64,000 nt of DNA from an uncultured delta proteobacterium (GCA_963737905.1 CAVTUQ010000010.1:1-64000), one strand, 5' to 3'; shown: positions 20,037-31,164, counted from the stretch's first letter. Notes: generated from the sequence alone by a model not told the origin. A program made the numbers and translations.

Positions 20037-20065
20037 AAAACCACCATCCTTCCGAAATTGCTTTG

Positions 20066-20105
20066 CCCTCGCCCCAGCCCTCTCCCACTGGGAGAGGGTG
20101 AGGGT
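20066..20105. repeat. REP-like palindrome CCCTCTCCC-n-GGGAGAGGG
   Basis: ccctcgccccagccctctcccactgggagagggtgagggt. Confidence 0.8.
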
Positions 20106-20115
20106 GCGTAAGTTC

Positions 20116-21126
20116 TCATTTTCGTCCAGCTTGTTTGACTGCGGCTTCGGCATAAGAGAGATCGAGCAGCTCTTTGATCGGTTTCATTTCCTTGTATTTC
20201 AAATAGCCGAGACGCAGATTAAACTCCTGCTGGGACATCATCACCTTCTCTTCAATCTCCAGGTTCGGACTGAAGGAAGGGGCGCGGGTCTTCACTAAGA
20301 CGTTCGCAGACACGCCCGTGTGTTTGCTAATGATCTCAGTGTGCACCGGCGCCTTCCAAGCGTTGGGCTCGCTCAAGTCCCGCACTGCCCGTAGGTAGCC
20401 GGCCATAAACCCTCTGGCGGCAGCATCGTTTTTTTTCGCCCAGTCGCTGTTCCAGAAGGCGACCGTTATCGGCACCGGCTTGGTTCCGGGTTTCGCCTTC
20501 AAGGGCCGCACACCTATGCCTCTCTCCTCTGCTTGAGTCGCAAAAGGCTCGGTTATGATTCCGCAGTGAATAGCGCCATTATCCAGGGCAGGTAACATTT
20601 CCGGAAACGGGAGTGTCTTAACGTCGACGTTATCGATTCTAAGTCCGCCGGTTTGTAATACCTCGTCCAGCACCCATTCGGTTGCGACGCCTTTGGCATT
20701 GATAGCGCACGGTTTGCCGCGCAGGTCGGCGACGGCCTTGAATCGGCCCGCATCGATCTCTGCTTTGCGAACCACCAAATAGTCTTCGTTGTAGGCATAG
20801 TGCATGGGCGCTACGAACGCGACGGGGAGTTTCTGGTGCGCCGCATTGAATCCTGCTGCGCCCAGCGCGCCGCCGCCTACCTGTAAGTCTCCGGTGGAGA
20901 CCTGGGTGAGAATGGCCGCGCCGCTTGGCAGGCGGACGAGCTGGGTTGTCAACCCGTGCGCCTTAAAATGACCTCGCTCGTGCGCAACGAAGAGCGGTGC
21001 GAACGATTCGGAAGGTACGAAGCCGATCTTTACGACGGATTGCGCGAAAACGGGACTGACCATGCCGAGTAAGATCACTGTTAAGAGGGGTATCATCCAA
21101 CTCAGCCAAGATTGATTATCGCTCAT
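20116..21126 (-). CDS. NitT/TauT ABC substrate-binding protein (cognate to the adjacent permeases)
   Basis: FAPLFVAHERGHF, DLRGK, LPFPEMLPALDNGAI, EPF. Confidence 0.9.
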   Translation of the reverse strand: MSDNQSWLSWMIPLLTVILLGMVSPVFAQSVVKIGFVPSESFAPLFVAHERGHFKAHGLTTQLVRLPSGAAILTQVSTGDLQVGGGALGAAGFNAAHQKLPVAFVAPMHYAYNEDYLVVRKAEIDAGRFKAVADLRGKPCAINAKGVATEWVLDEVLQTGGLRIDNVDVKTLPFPEMLPALDNGAIHCGIITEPFATQAEERGIGVRPLKAKPGTKPVPITVAFWNSDWAKKNDAAARGFMAGYLRAVRDLSEPNAWKAPVHTEIISKHTGVSANVLVKTRAPSFSPNLEIEEKVMMSQQEFNLRLGYLKYKEMKPIKELLDLSYAEAAVKQAGRK

Positions 21127-21171
21127 ATGGTTTCCTCCTTTGTGAAATCAAAAAATTTGCTCAATCTTTGG

Positions 21172-21245
21172 TGTCATTCCGAGGAGTCGGAGACGACGAG
21201 GAATCTTGCTCTCGGATTAGATTCCTCACTTTGTTCGGAATGACA
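21172..21245. repeat. REP-like palindrome TGTCATTCCGA...TCGGAATGACA
   Basis: tgtcattccgagg...gaggaatct...agattcctc...tcggaatgaca. Confidence 0.8.
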
Positions 21246-21321
21246 GCCCTTGAGCATGAACAGGAACATCGTCGATGGGGACCTCTTCTGCAAAGTTGAA
21301 ATACACTACACCCGATCCTCA

Positions 21322-22098
21322 TCACAAAAACATCGCCGCGCTTGACCGCTCGCGCCACGGCATCAGCCAGTTGCCGATACGCTCCAGACCGTAGGTGAGA
21401 GCTAAGCCAACAACACCGATCACAATAAAAGCCGAGAACAAATTCTTTGCGGAAAAAGTTTGCCCAGCCGTCCAGAGGAAGGCTCCGAGACCTTCCTGCG
21501 CCGCCGTAAGCTCAACGGCGATCACGAGCACCAGAGTGAGACTCAGCCCGATGCGCATTCCGGTGAAGATGTCGGGCAAAGCCGAGGGGAAAAGCACGTA
21601 GCGAAACAAACGCCAGCCCGTTGCGCCGTAGTTTTTGCCTGCTTCCAGGACAACGCGGTCCACCGCCAATACGCCTGCCATTGTGCTCACGGTCATCTGG
21701 ACGAAGCTCGTCAGCGTAGATGTGAAGATCAAGGTACGCTCGTTTACGCCCAGTATTAACATGACCAGCGGAAGCAACGCGATCTTCGGGATCGCGTAAA
21801 GGGAGGTAAGAATCGGCTCGAGTGCTAGCCGCGCGGTCCGAGACATGCCCAGGCTTAAGCCCAGCAGCACAGCCGGTATGAGTGCAAAGATGAAACTGAG
21901 TCCGAGCCGGTACAACGTCACGCTTAGATGGCGCCACAGCTCGCCGCCTGCCAGAAGCTCGACGAGATGAGGTCCGAGTTGACTGGGCGGCGGCACATAG
22001 TTAGGTCGAAGGACTCCTACGGCAGCCAACAATTCCCACACGAGTAGAACCAACACCGGAGAAATAATAAGACGCCATCTAGCTCCTGGCCGCGCCAT
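21322..22098 (-). CDS. NitT/TauT ABC transporter permease
   Basis: IPKIALLP, EAGKNYGA (EAA-like) loop, AVELTAAQEGLG. Confidence 0.9.
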   Translation of the reverse strand: MARPGARWRLIISPVLVLLVWELLAAVGVLRPNYVPPPSQLGPHLVELLAGGELWRHLSVTLYRLGLSFIFALIPAVLLGLSLGMSRTARLALEPILTSLYAIPKIALLPLVMLILGVNERTLIFTSTLTSFVQMTVSTMAGVLAVDRVVLEAGKNYGATGWRLFRYVLFPSALPDIFTGMRIGLSLTLVLVIAVELTAAQEGLGAFLWTAGQTFSAKNLFSAFIVIGVVGLALTYGLERIGNWLMPWRERSSAAMFL

Positions 22099-22907
22099 TA
22101 TCGCTGTCCCTTCAATCGCAACAGATCGACTTGCCATGGCATTAGCCGATCCGCGAGGGCTTCCAGCCCATAGGTCACTAAAATTCCCAGGAAACCAATC
22201 AGCATTAGTCCAACGTACATCTCTTCGATGCGCAGGATTTGCCACGAATGCCAAAGAAAACCGCCCAGACCGCGCTTGGCTGCTACCATTTCGACGGCTA
22301 CGGTGACGATGAATCCAATTCCTAGAGCGAGGCGATACCCGATGAAGAGACGCGGCAATGCCGCTGGCAGTATAACCCGCATGAACAACCGCCACCCGCT
22401 CGCGCCATAATTCCTACCTGCCTCCAGCAAGGTACGCTCCAGACTTTCTACGGCGGAAGCCGACTGCACCGTAATGAGAAGGAACGGCGTGATCGCTGCG
22501 GTCAGCAGCAGCCCCCATTCGCTGAGGCCTAGATAGAAAATGACCACAGGAAAAAATGCGATGCTTGGGATGGGAAACAAAAGCCTCACGAGCGGGTCGG
22601 CGGCCGTTCGCATTCCCATCCACCAGCCCATGGCGATGCCCAGCGTCGTGCCTGGTATTAACGCCATAAGAAAGGAAGCAATGAGCCTTCCCAGGGTCGT
22701 CCCCGCATGGAGCCACAACTCGCCGCCGGCAGCGAGGCCCAAAAGCGTGCTCGCAATATTCGTCGGTGGCGGAAAAAAAGCGGCGCGCAAAAAACCAGCA
22801 TGGACCAGGACCTCCCAGGCCCCCAGAGTAAGGAGAGACGTTGCTAGTGGAATAGTCAACTCCCGGGAAAAAAGCCAGGTTGCGCGTGAAGGAACCATAC
22901 TACTCAT
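22098..22907 (-). CDS. NitT/TauT ABC transporter permease
   Basis: FPPPT, PIPSIAFFP, EAGRNYGA, VAVEMVAAKRGLG. Confidence 0.9.
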   Translation of the reverse strand: MSSMVPSRATWLFSRELTIPLATSLLTLGAWEVLVHAGFLRAAFFPPPTNIASTLLGLAAGGELWLHAGTTLGRLIASFLMALIPGTTLGIAMGWWMGMRTAADPLVRLLFPIPSIAFFPVVIFYLGLSEWGLLLTAAITPFLLITVQSASAVESLERTLLEAGRNYGASGWRLFMRVILPAALPRLFIGYRLALGIGFIVTVAVEMVAAKRGLGGFLWHSWQILRIEEMYVGLMLIGFLGILVTYGLEALADRLMPWQVDLLRLKGQR

Positions 22908-23691
22908 GACTCATTGCCGTTTCTACTTCTTCTCGAAGACAAGCCCAGATATCCAACGACATCTTCGTGTACGAATTCCAACCGCGCATTTCCATGTTGC
23001 GGGGACGCGGCAGCTGAACGGAATATTCCGCTTTGATTCGCCCCGGCCTGGCGGTCAATAGCACGACTCTGTCGGACATATATACGGCTTCGTCGATGCT
23101 ATGGGTGACATAGAGGACGGTCTTGCGCTCGCTTTCCCAGACACGCAGAAGTTCCTCTTGGAGGACAGTTCGGGTCTGCGCATCCAGCGCGCCAAAAGGC
23201 TCGTCCATCAGCAGCACCTCGGGTTGCGCGGCCAGGGCGCGGGCGATGCCTACCCGTTGGCGCATGCCGCCGGAGAGTTGGTGCGGATAGGCCGCACTAA
23301 AGGACTCAAGTCCCACACGGCCCAGCACGTCCCGCGCCTGAGCCAGCCGTTCAGTGCGCGGAACACCGCGCATCTCCAAAGAGAAAGCGACATTTTCGAG
23401 GACGGTGCGCCAGGGGAAAAGCGCATACTCCTGGAAGACGAGCGCGGTTTTCGGACCGCCGTTTTCTTTGTTGGTTGAAGAATAAATCTGCACGGAGCCG
23501 GCCGTGGGGCGCAGCAGCTCGGCCACGATGCGGAGAAGGGAGGACTTGCCACACCCGCTCGGTCCCAACAGGGCGACAAATTCGCCGTCATTCACTGTGA
23601 GGTTCACGCTTGCTAATGCGGGAACGGATGAGAAATCGCTTTGGTATACGTGCTCCACATCGCGAATCTCGATCTTGGTTACTGCCGGCAT
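22900..23691 (-). CDS. NitT/TauT ABC transporter ATP-binding protein
   Basis: [35 protein letters not shown]. Confidence 0.95.
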   Translation of the reverse strand: MPAVTKIEIRDVEHVYQSDFSSVPALASVNLTVNDGEFVALLGPSGCGKSSLLRIVAELLRPTAGSVQIYSSTNKENGGPKTALVFQEYALFPWRTVLENVAFSLEMRGVPRTERLAQARDVLGRVGLESFSAAYPHQLSGGMRQRVGIARALAAQPEVLLMDEPFGALDAQTRTVLQEELLRVWESERKTVLYVTHSIDEAVYMSDRVVLLTARPGRIKAEYSVQLPRPRNMEMRGWNSYTKMSLDIWACLREEVETAMSHE

Positions 23692-23941
23692 GGCCCCCCA
23701 GCTCAAGCGGGGCGAATTATAGCACGGGTACCGCCGATGACAACGGGAATATTGACAGGGGGATTTTCGGGTGATACGCGTGCGGCAACAAAGGCGGGGA
23801 GTAAGATTCTCCACCACAAAGAACGCATACAACACAAAGCAAATCTTCTTTGCGACCTTTGTGTTCTTGCGGTAAAAAATGTCTTGTCGGCTTCGGCGAT
23901 GGGCTTTTGGTCGGAGCATGCTGAGAGAGGAGAGGAAGATA

Positions 23942-24964
23942 ATGAAATCCTTTTTGTCTACCACAAAGAAAACGACTCTGATCGGGACTTGCCTCTTTTT
24001 CTTGTTGGCGACCGACTGGGGTTATGCTGCCGAAGGACTCCAAAAGCTCCGTGTCGCCTACGCGGCGATCACTGCAGCGTTTTCCATACCCTGGATCGCG
24101 AAAGAGGCGGGAATATTCGAACGCCACGGCTTGGACGTTGAACTCGTATATATCGCCAGCGGGTCGCGGGCGGTCCAGACCTTAGTCGGAGGAGGCATAG
24201 ACGTTGCGGCGATCGGCGGGCCGGCCGGCGTCGACGCCAAACTGGCCGGAGCGGACACGGTTTATATCGCCATCCCGGTAAATCGGGTGCTTGTCTTTAC
24301 GGTGGCCGAGCCGAATATTCAGCGTGTCGAGGAGCTCCGCGGTAAGAGTATCGGCGTTACGCGGATCGGAACCGTCACGGATTTTTTTACGCGCATATTT
24401 CTCCGTCAAAACGGACTTGCGCCGGACCGGGATGTGATGATCCGGCAAATGGGCGGTTTGCCGGAGATAGTCGCCGGGCTCAAGGCCGGGCAGATCCAGG
24501 GGGGCACGTTCGGGTTTCCGGCGGTTCTGCATGCGCGCGCGGCAGGGTTTCACGTTTTGGTCGATTACAACACGCAAGGCTTCCGGTATCCGCTATCGTC
24601 GGTGGTGGTGACGGAAACGTTGCTGCGGACCCGGGAGCCGGCAGTCCGCGGCTTTCTCGAAGCCCATATCGAGGCGGTGCATCGGTTCAAGACCGATCCA
24701 AATTTTGCGATGAATGTCATCGGAAAATACACCAAGACCGCCGACCGGGCGATGCTCGATGAGACGCAGCGGGTTTATGCCGCGGCATTCGAACGGATCC
24801 CCTATCCGAATATCGAAGACATGAAGCTCGGAATAACCCAGGTCGCCGAGACCAATCCGCGGGCGAAGGGCGCCGATCCGAAGGACTTCGTTAATCCGGG
24901 GCTTCTGCGCAAGATCGAGACTAGCGGATTCGTGAAGCGGCTCTATGGCGAGCAGGGGAAGTGA
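23942..24964 (+). CDS. NitT/TauT family ABC substrate-binding protein
   Basis: RBS ggagg before ATG 23942; PWIAKEAGIFERHGLDVE, ELRGKSIGVTRIG. Confidence 0.9.
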   Translation: MKSFLSTTKKTTLIGTCLFFLLATDWGYAAEGLQKLRVAYAAITAAFSIPWIAKEAGIFERHGLDVELVYIASGSRAVQTLVGGGIDVAAIGGPAGVDAKLAGADTVYIAIPVNRVLVFTVAEPNIQRVEELRGKSIGVTRIGTVTDFFTRIFLRQNGLAPDRDVMIRQMGGLPEIVAGLKAGQIQGGTFGFPAVLHARAAGFHVLVDYNTQGFRYPLSSVVVTETLLRTREPAVRGFLEAHIEAVHRFKTDPNFAMNVIGKYTKTADRAMLDETQRVYAAAFERIPYPNIEDMKLGITQVAETNPRAKGADPKDFVNPGLLRKIETSGFVKRLYGEQGK

Positions 24965-25037
24965 ACTTGCGGGTTTCTGAAATAGACTTGTATGCCTTGA
25001 TTCAAGGCGACGAATGGAGCGCGTTCTAGAGAAAGGA

Positions 25038-26096
25038 CTACGGAGTCCGATGCGTCCTTATAGCGTCAAAGAAGTTTTCCTTTTCCAGCTCGTCCAGCAC
25101 CGTTTCGTCAATGAATGGATTGACGTCGATCAACTCGTTCGGTTTTGCGCCGCCCTTCGGATTGACCAGTTGCAACGTGTTGCGCATGCCCTCCCGATTC
25201 ACTCGAGGGGGAAATGAGAATTTACCGGCGATATCATCGTAGGTTTCTTCCAAAATTTTGTTGTCTTGTTGTTTCAAATATTTTCTATAAACGCCAATCA
25301 TGGCATCCCTAGAGTGCATCAATCGGTAAATCGCTTCGCTATAGCCCTTTAAAAACTGTTTCACGATCCCTCTTTTTTTCTCCACAAAATCTCGAGTCAC
25401 GGCTACGACCGTCATTGGGAAGAAGGCCTGCATATCTCCCATATGCGCTAGAGTAGTGAATCCCATCTTTCTTGCTTCGGTGGTCGAAGGGGGTGACAGA
25501 AATGTTGCATCGATGGCTCCATTCGATAGAGCGACTAAACGGCTGGACGTGTCGCCGCTCCGAATCAAGGTAACGGCTTGACGCGGGATATCCCACTCTT
25601 TGAGCGCGAGAGTAATGGCGAGATCGTTCGAGCCGCCGAAGTTCACAATGCCGATTTTTTTGCCCACGAGCTGAGAGGGTTGGCGAATCTCCTTTCGTGC
25701 GACCAAGCTAAAGGGAAACTTGTTGAGCGCTGCGGCTATGATAACGACATTGCCGCCTTGAAGTTTGATGCTCATGGGAGCCGTTGCGGACCCAAGAGCA
25801 AATTGCACATTGCCGGATAAGAGAGTCTGCATAGACTGAGTTCCCCCGCCAATCAAGACAATTTCCGGACTGAGCCCGTATTTTTGGAAAAGGTTCATTT
25901 CTTTGTACGCCCATAAAGGTCCTTGAAACCCCGAGACCCCGCTATAGGCAATAACGATCTTATCCTCCGACTTGCCTGTCGCCGGTGAGATCAAAACGAA
26001 CATCGTTACCCAGATCGCCAGGAGCAAAACTTCTGCGTTGGTTCGCACCCCTTCGTGTCCTCCGTTCAAATGAATGGCTAGGCTTTTCGATCTCAT
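25038..26096 (-). CDS. NitT/TauT family ABC substrate-binding protein
   Basis: GPLWAYKEMNLFQKYGL, GKKIGIVNFGGSN; start uncertain. Confidence 0.88.
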   Translation of the reverse strand: MRSKSLAIHLNGGHEGVRTNAEVLLLAIWVTMFVLISPATGKSEDKIVIAYSGVSGFQGPLWAYKEMNLFQKYGLSPEIVLIGGGTQSMQTLLSGNVQFALGSATAPMSIKLQGGNVVIIAAALNKFPFSLVARKEIRQPSQLVGKKIGIVNFGGSNDLAITLALKEWDIPRQAVTLIRSGDTSSRLVALSNGAIDATFLSPPSTTEARKMGFTTLAHMGDMQAFFPMTVVAVTRDFVEKKRGIVKQFLKGYSEAIYRLMHSRDAMIGVYRKYLKQQDNKILEETYDDIAGKFSFPPRVNREGMRNTLQLVNPKGGAKPNELIDVNPFIDETVLDELEKENFFDAIRTHRTP

Positions 26097-26215
26097 GATC
26101 CCTTGAGCTTGTCAACTCTACTCACGCGGCGATCCATTGGATCGTGTTTGCACTCCAAACTGAATGCCTTTATTTATGGTGAGGCACTAGTCACCAAAGC
26201 AATCGAGGGAAAAAC

Positions 26216-27646
26216 ATGTCTGATCTCCGTTCGTGGATCGCCGAGGTCGAAACCCTGGGACGTCTGAAAAACATCAAGGGCGCCGATCCCCATCTGGAAA
26301 TCGGCGTCATGACTGAGATCAACTGTCGACGCCGAGGGCCGACGTTTTTATTTGATGATATCCGGGGCTTTTCCAAAGGACGTCGGATTCTCACGGGATC
26401 TATTCTCGATGCGCAAAGGCTAGCTTTAACGTTGGGTCTGCGCGACATCCACTCCGACCAAGACCTCGTCTCTCGCCTCGAAGGTAAAATGACCGAATAT
26501 GAACTCCAATCCGCAAAGTTTTCTGTCAATGAAGTGTCCGATGGACCGGTACTCCAGAATCAAATGCGCGGAGAAGCGATCAACCTTCTTAGCTTTCCCG
26601 CGCCCAAGTGGCACGAATTCGACGGCGGCAACTACATAGGTACGGGATGTGTCGTTATTACTCGCGATCCTGACACGGGGAAAGTTAACTTGGGCTCGTA
26701 CCGGATCATGGTGCAAGGCGAGAAGGCCGTTACGGTACAGATTTCGTCAGCGCACCATGGAGCGATTAATTTAAAGAAATACCATTCACGAGGCGAGCCC
26801 GCCCCTGTCGCCGTATCACTGGGTCATCATCCGATTTATCTTGTTGTCGGCGGTCTGGGGGTGCCCTACCGAGTATCCGAATATGAGTACCTGGGGGCAA
26901 TGGTGGGAGAACCCGTGCCGGTCATTCGGGGAGAGAATACGGGCCTTCCCATCCCGGCGCAGAGTGAGCTTGCGATCGAAGGGTTTTGTCATCCGCACCA
27001 GACTCGAAGCGAAGGCCCATTTGGAGAATTTACCGGGTATTACGGCTCGGGAGAAGACCAGGAGCCGCTTCTAGACGTGAAAACCGTCTATTTCAGAAAC
27101 GACCCGATCAACCTCGGAGCCCCTCCCGGGCGGCCACCGCACGATTACTCGTACATGTATTCTTTGATTCGCTCGGTGATGGTGAAAGAGTCCCTCGTCA
27201 AAGACGGATTGCCGGACGTTCGGGGAGTATGGTTCCATGAGGTGGCGGGCGTGAATTTCTTTGCCGTGGTCTCGATCAAACAGCGCTTCCCGGGGCACGC
27301 GCGACAGGCCGCATACATGACCGCGCAGTGCCAGGCGGCGGCCGGCCATCTCGGTCGTTATGTCGTTGTCGTAGATGACGATATCGACCCTTCGAACTTG
27401 GCGGACGTTATCTGGGCCATGGGCACTCGGACGAATCCGGAGAGGGACATCGATCTTTTGCGCAATACTTTTTCAAGCACGCTCGATCCCGTATATCCTA
27501 AAGGTTCGCGGAAATTCTTTGGCTCGCGGGCGGTCATCGATGCGTGCAGGCCCTACGACTGGATCGAGGATTTTCCCAAAGTCGCGGAATCGAGCGATGA
27601 GGAGAAGCAAAAAGTCATGAAGAAGTGGAAGGAGTTGTTCAGTTAG
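26216..27646 (+). CDS. UbiD family (prFMN-dependent) decarboxylase
   Basis: DPDTGKVNLGSYR, EGPFGEFTGYY, VVVVDDDIDPSN..DVIWAMGTR, RAVIDACRP. Confidence 0.93.
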   Translation: MSDLRSWIAEVETLGRLKNIKGADPHLEIGVMTEINCRRRGPTFLFDDIRGFSKGRRILTGSILDAQRLALTLGLRDIHSDQDLVSRLEGKMTEYELQSAKFSVNEVSDGPVLQNQMRGEAINLLSFPAPKWHEFDGGNYIGTGCVVITRDPDTGKVNLGSYRIMVQGEKAVTVQISSAHHGAINLKKYHSRGEPAPVAVSLGHHPIYLVVGGLGVPYRVSEYEYLGAMVGEPVPVIRGENTGLPIPAQSELAIEGFCHPHQTRSEGPFGEFTGYYGSGEDQEPLLDVKTVYFRNDPINLGAPPGRPPHDYSYMYSLIRSVMVKESLVKDGLPDVRGVWFHEVAGVNFFAVVSIKQRFPGHARQAAYMTAQCQAAAGHLGRYVVVVDDDIDPSNLADVIWAMGTRTNPERDIDLLRNTFSSTLDPVYPKGSRKFFGSRAVIDACRPYDWIEDFPKVAESSDEEKQKVMKKWKELFS

Positions 27647-27738
27647 CGCTAGCCTGGATTATTCACTGGCGAACAACGATCAACGGGCGAGCCCTCCGGA
27701 TCGAAGGCAATGGGCCTCTACGTATCAGAGTTCCATCC

Positions 27739-27801
27739 GTTCAAATAGTTTAAATCGTTCCAAACGTTTTGAGCGGCTTGAACAGCTTGAACGTTTTGAA
27801 C
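27739..27801. repeat. GTTCAA/TTGAAC 9-mer inverted tandem repeat
   Basis: gttcaaata gtttaaatc gttccaaac ... ttgaacagc ttgaacgtt ttgaac. Confidence 0.75.
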
Positions 27802-27918
27802 CAACTCAACGGACGCTCACCCCTTGATCGACGCTGTGTCGTGGGTTTTCCTGAGAGCATGAATAATCTGGGCTAGCATTTGGAGTGGGTTAGGCAGCGA
27901 ATTTTGCGGAGGAACAGC

Positions 27919-28725
27919 ATGATCACACTAGATGGAGAAAAAATCGAAGTCATCGACGCTCATTCACATATGGGCTCGAGAAATAAATTAGCCGTGCATC
28001 AGATACCGCGGATCATGAAATTCACGGCGGAGGATATGATCGCGTCGATGGACGGGGCGGGCGTTGATAAAGTCGTGACCTTTGCGATCGGCGCCGGAGA
28101 GCCGGTGGATTATCGCGACACCAACAATTACATCGCAAGTTCGATGCAAAAATATCCCGATCGAATCATCGGCTTTTTGCGGCTCAATCCGGCGAAGGGG
28201 CCGAAAGATACTTTGCAGGTATTGGAAGAGGGGGTCAAATTAGGACTGAAGGGCATAAAGATTCATCCCCTCATCGAAAAATGCCCGGCGAACGACAAGG
28301 AAAAAGTCTATCCACTGATGGAGGCGGCACAACATTACGGGCTCCCTGTGCTTTTCCATTGTGGACTGGGTGAGGATGCGAGTCCCAAACGAATTTCTGA
28401 AGTGGCAAAAGACTTTCCGAAGCTGTCCGTGATCCTGGGCCACTCGGGGGTCATCGAAGGAGTCAGGGACGCCGTCGATGCGGCCAAAAAACACGACAAT
28501 CTATCGATGGATAGCTCAGCGGTGGGATGGTTGCCGTTTTTCTGTGAAACGATTGCCTGGGCCGGCGTGGACCGGGTGATGTATGGTTCGGATCATCCGT
28601 TCAATCCCATGGATTGGGAAGTAGCGAAGATCGTAAAACACGCGCAGAAACACTTGAAGTTACAGATCGAAGATCTGCGGAAAATCATGGGCGGTAATCT
28701 TAAACGACTGCTCGGCATCTCCTGA
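27919..28725 (+). CDS. Amidohydrolase_2 family protein
   Basis: IDAHSH, GIKIHP, LFHCG, ILGHSG, MYGSDHPF. Confidence 0.9.
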   Translation: MITLDGEKIEVIDAHSHMGSRNKLAVHQIPRIMKFTAEDMIASMDGAGVDKVVTFAIGAGEPVDYRDTNNYIASSMQKYPDRIIGFLRLNPAKGPKDTLQVLEEGVKLGLKGIKIHPLIEKCPANDKEKVYPLMEAAQHYGLPVLFHCGLGEDASPKRISEVAKDFPKLSVILGHSGVIEGVRDAVDAAKKHDNLSMDSSAVGWLPFFCETIAWAGVDRVMYGSDHPFNPMDWEVAKIVKHAQKHLKLQIEDLRKIMGGNLKRLLGIS

Positions 28726-28794
28726 TAAACAACAGAGATAACGAGTAGCGCACGCGGATAATCGACAAGGGAAAGAAAGAAGCGGGAGGAGATA

Positions 28795-29877
28795 ATGGAA
28801 CCAAAAATCTCAACACAACAGATCGCCGAAAAAAAGAGTTCTTATCGTAAGTGGGTAGAGAAGGAAGGCATACCGCTTATGGAGGGATTTTTCATCGAAG
28901 ACCTCAAGACACTCGACCTGCAGCCATGGGATGGGAAAGGCGGCATGGGGGTTCGCATCTGCCTGGAAGGCACGGGCGAGACCAACGACGCCTACGTCTG
29001 TGAAATTGCTCCCGGCAAGAGCCTTAAGCCCCAGAGACATCTCTTCGAAGAACTGATTTACATTGTGAGCGGCCGCGGCGCTACGACGATCTGGCAAGAC
29101 GGCGGTCCGAAACGAACCTTCGAATGGCAGGAGGGCGCGGTTTTTTCTCCGCCGCTCAATAGCTGGTATCAGCACTTCAATGGGAGTGGCGATCAGCCCG
29201 CGCGTTACTTTGCCGTTACGACCGCGCCCGTGATGATCAATTTACTTCACAATTTAGATTTTATCTTTAACTGCGACTACGTGTTCAAAGACCGATACAA
29301 TAATGAAGAGGATTACTTCAGCGGCGAAGGAGCCTGGTACGCCGGGAGAATATGGGAAACCAACTTTGTCCCCGATGTGAGAAATCTCAAACTGCTCGAA
29401 TGGAAAGAACGCGGCGCTGGAGGCTCGCAGGTGCGTTTTGAAATTTCAGAGAATACGATGTGCGGCCACGTATCGCAGTTCCCCGTGGGGACTTACAAGA
29501 AGGCCCATTTTCATGGACCCGGCGCTCACGTGGTTGTGCTAAGCGGCCAAGGCTATTCTCTCATGTGGCCAAAGGGGCAACCGATCCGGCGTTTCGACTG
29601 GAAGCCTGGAAGTTTGGTTGTGCCGCCGGCCAGCTGGTTTCACCAGCATTTCAATTCCGGCCCCAATCCGGCGCGCTACCTGGCGCTTCGATGGGGCAGC
29701 CGAAAGTATTATGGAGTCTCGGGGGACGCGGGAAAGACCGACATTGATGTCAAACTCGGCGGCAGCCAGATCGAGTATGAAGATGAAGATCTCGCCGTCA
29801 GGCAGATGTTCGAAGAGGCGTGTGCCAAGGCGGGCGTCAAAAGCCAGATGGACAAGTACTATAAGACTTCACCCTGA
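28795..29877 (+). CDS. Bicupin protein
   Basis: PQRHLFEELIYIVSGRG...WYQHFN and KKAHFHGPG...WFHQHFN. Confidence 0.85.
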   Translation: MEPKISTQQIAEKKSSYRKWVEKEGIPLMEGFFIEDLKTLDLQPWDGKGGMGVRICLEGTGETNDAYVCEIAPGKSLKPQRHLFEELIYIVSGRGATTIWQDGGPKRTFEWQEGAVFSPPLNSWYQHFNGSGDQPARYFAVTTAPVMINLLHNLDFIFNCDYVFKDRYNNEEDYFSGEGAWYAGRIWETNFVPDVRNLKLLEWKERGAGGSQVRFEISENTMCGHVSQFPVGTYKKAHFHGPGAHVVVLSGQGYSLMWPKGQPIRRFDWKPGSLVVPPASWFHQHFNSGPNPARYLALRWGSRKYYGVSGDAGKTDIDVKLGGSQIEYEDEDLAVRQMFEEACAKAGVKSQMDKYYKTSP

Positions 29878-29878
29878 C

Positions 29879-30850
29879 ATGCGCCGACTCAACGATTACA
29901 GCAAGCGAGCCTGGCTTCCTCTGTTGTGTCTATTGCTTTGGGGTTTCGAAGCGAGCGCAGCGGAGCTAAAACAAATCACCTTGGGCTATTCCAGCATCGG
30001 CCCGATGGCAACCGGTTTTTGGATGGCCAAGGAGATCGGCGCTTTTGAGAAGTACGGCGTCCATGCAGAGATCATCTATATCTCCTCGGGGCCCGTCGTC
30101 ATCCAGGCTCTCATCGGTGGAGACCTTCAAGGAGCGAGCGCAGCGAGCAATGCCGTTATCAATGCGGTTTTGAGCGGCGCGCCCATCGTGGGAGTGGCGG
30201 GAACCGCAAATCGGCCTTACCATCGGCTCTATGTGCAGCCTGAGATCAACCGGTTCGAGGATCTGCGGGGCAAAACTCTCGGGGTTACCCGATTGGGCGC
30301 GATCACGGATAACTTGACAAGAATCTTGCTCCGGAAAAACAACATGGAGAATGCGGTAACCGTTCGCCAACTAGGGACGACCGCCGCGGTCGGCGCGGCA
30401 TTCCAGCAACGGGCCATAGCGGGGGCTGTCACCTCCGAACTTCGTGCGAGCACGAGAATGCCGGCCAAGATCCTCGTTAACCTCGTTGATTTGGGCATCC
30501 CCTATTCGATGCAAATGATCACAGTCACGCGCGACTATTATCGGCGCAATCGAGATATCGTGGAGGGAATGATCAGGGCCTACACTTCAGGAGTGGCGGC
30601 CTTAAATAACCAAAAAGCGATGGCGCTCAAAGTGATCGCCAAGTATTCGCGCCAAACGGACCCCAAGATGATAGAGGAGCATTACCGAGACTCGGTGGCC
30701 AATCTGGATCGGGTCCCGCGGGTCGAGACGGAAGCGATTTCTACGATTCTCGATTTCATGGGGAAATCAGGTATTCCCCGGGAGACGTTTGTTGACGATT
30801 CTATCGTCGAACGAATGGTGCGTGAGGGTTTCATTGAGAAAAACAAATAG
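29879..30850 (+). CDS. NitT/TauT family ABC substrate-binding protein
   Basis: FWMAKEIGAFEKYGV, DLRGKTLGVTRLG. Confidence 0.88.
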   Translation: MRRLNDYSKRAWLPLLCLLLWGFEASAAELKQITLGYSSIGPMATGFWMAKEIGAFEKYGVHAEIIYISSGPVVIQALIGGDLQGASAASNAVINAVLSGAPIVGVAGTANRPYHRLYVQPEINRFEDLRGKTLGVTRLGAITDNLTRILLRKNNMENAVTVRQLGTTAAVGAAFQQRAIAGAVTSELRASTRMPAKILVNLVDLGIPYSMQMITVTRDYYRRNRDIVEGMIRAYTSGVAALNNQKAMALKVIAKYSRQTDPKMIEEHYRDSVANLDRVPRVETEAISTILDFMGKSGIPRETFVDDSIVERMVREGFIEKNK

Positions 30851-31164
30851 AGTTCGACCCCAAACGTTTCGCCCTCTTTCTTCCTTTTGAGTCCTATCGA
30901 CCCTGGGTTTTTGAGATTTCCACGCTGAGCTCGCCGAAGACCTGCTGGCACAGCCGTTGCTGGTATCTGTCTGTCAAGTTGCCAGAGGCGCAATAAGCTG
31001 CCGGGTGTCATGCGGTTTCGCTTGTTGTCCAATGATGCCTCTAGAAGGCTATCTGGTTTACGAGCTGCATCGGCACCTTTTTGCGGCCAATTGTACAAAA
31101 CTCCAATCCTAAAAATTAAAAAAAACGCAAAAGTGCTCAGCAGCAGGCTGCCAAGGAGGTAACC

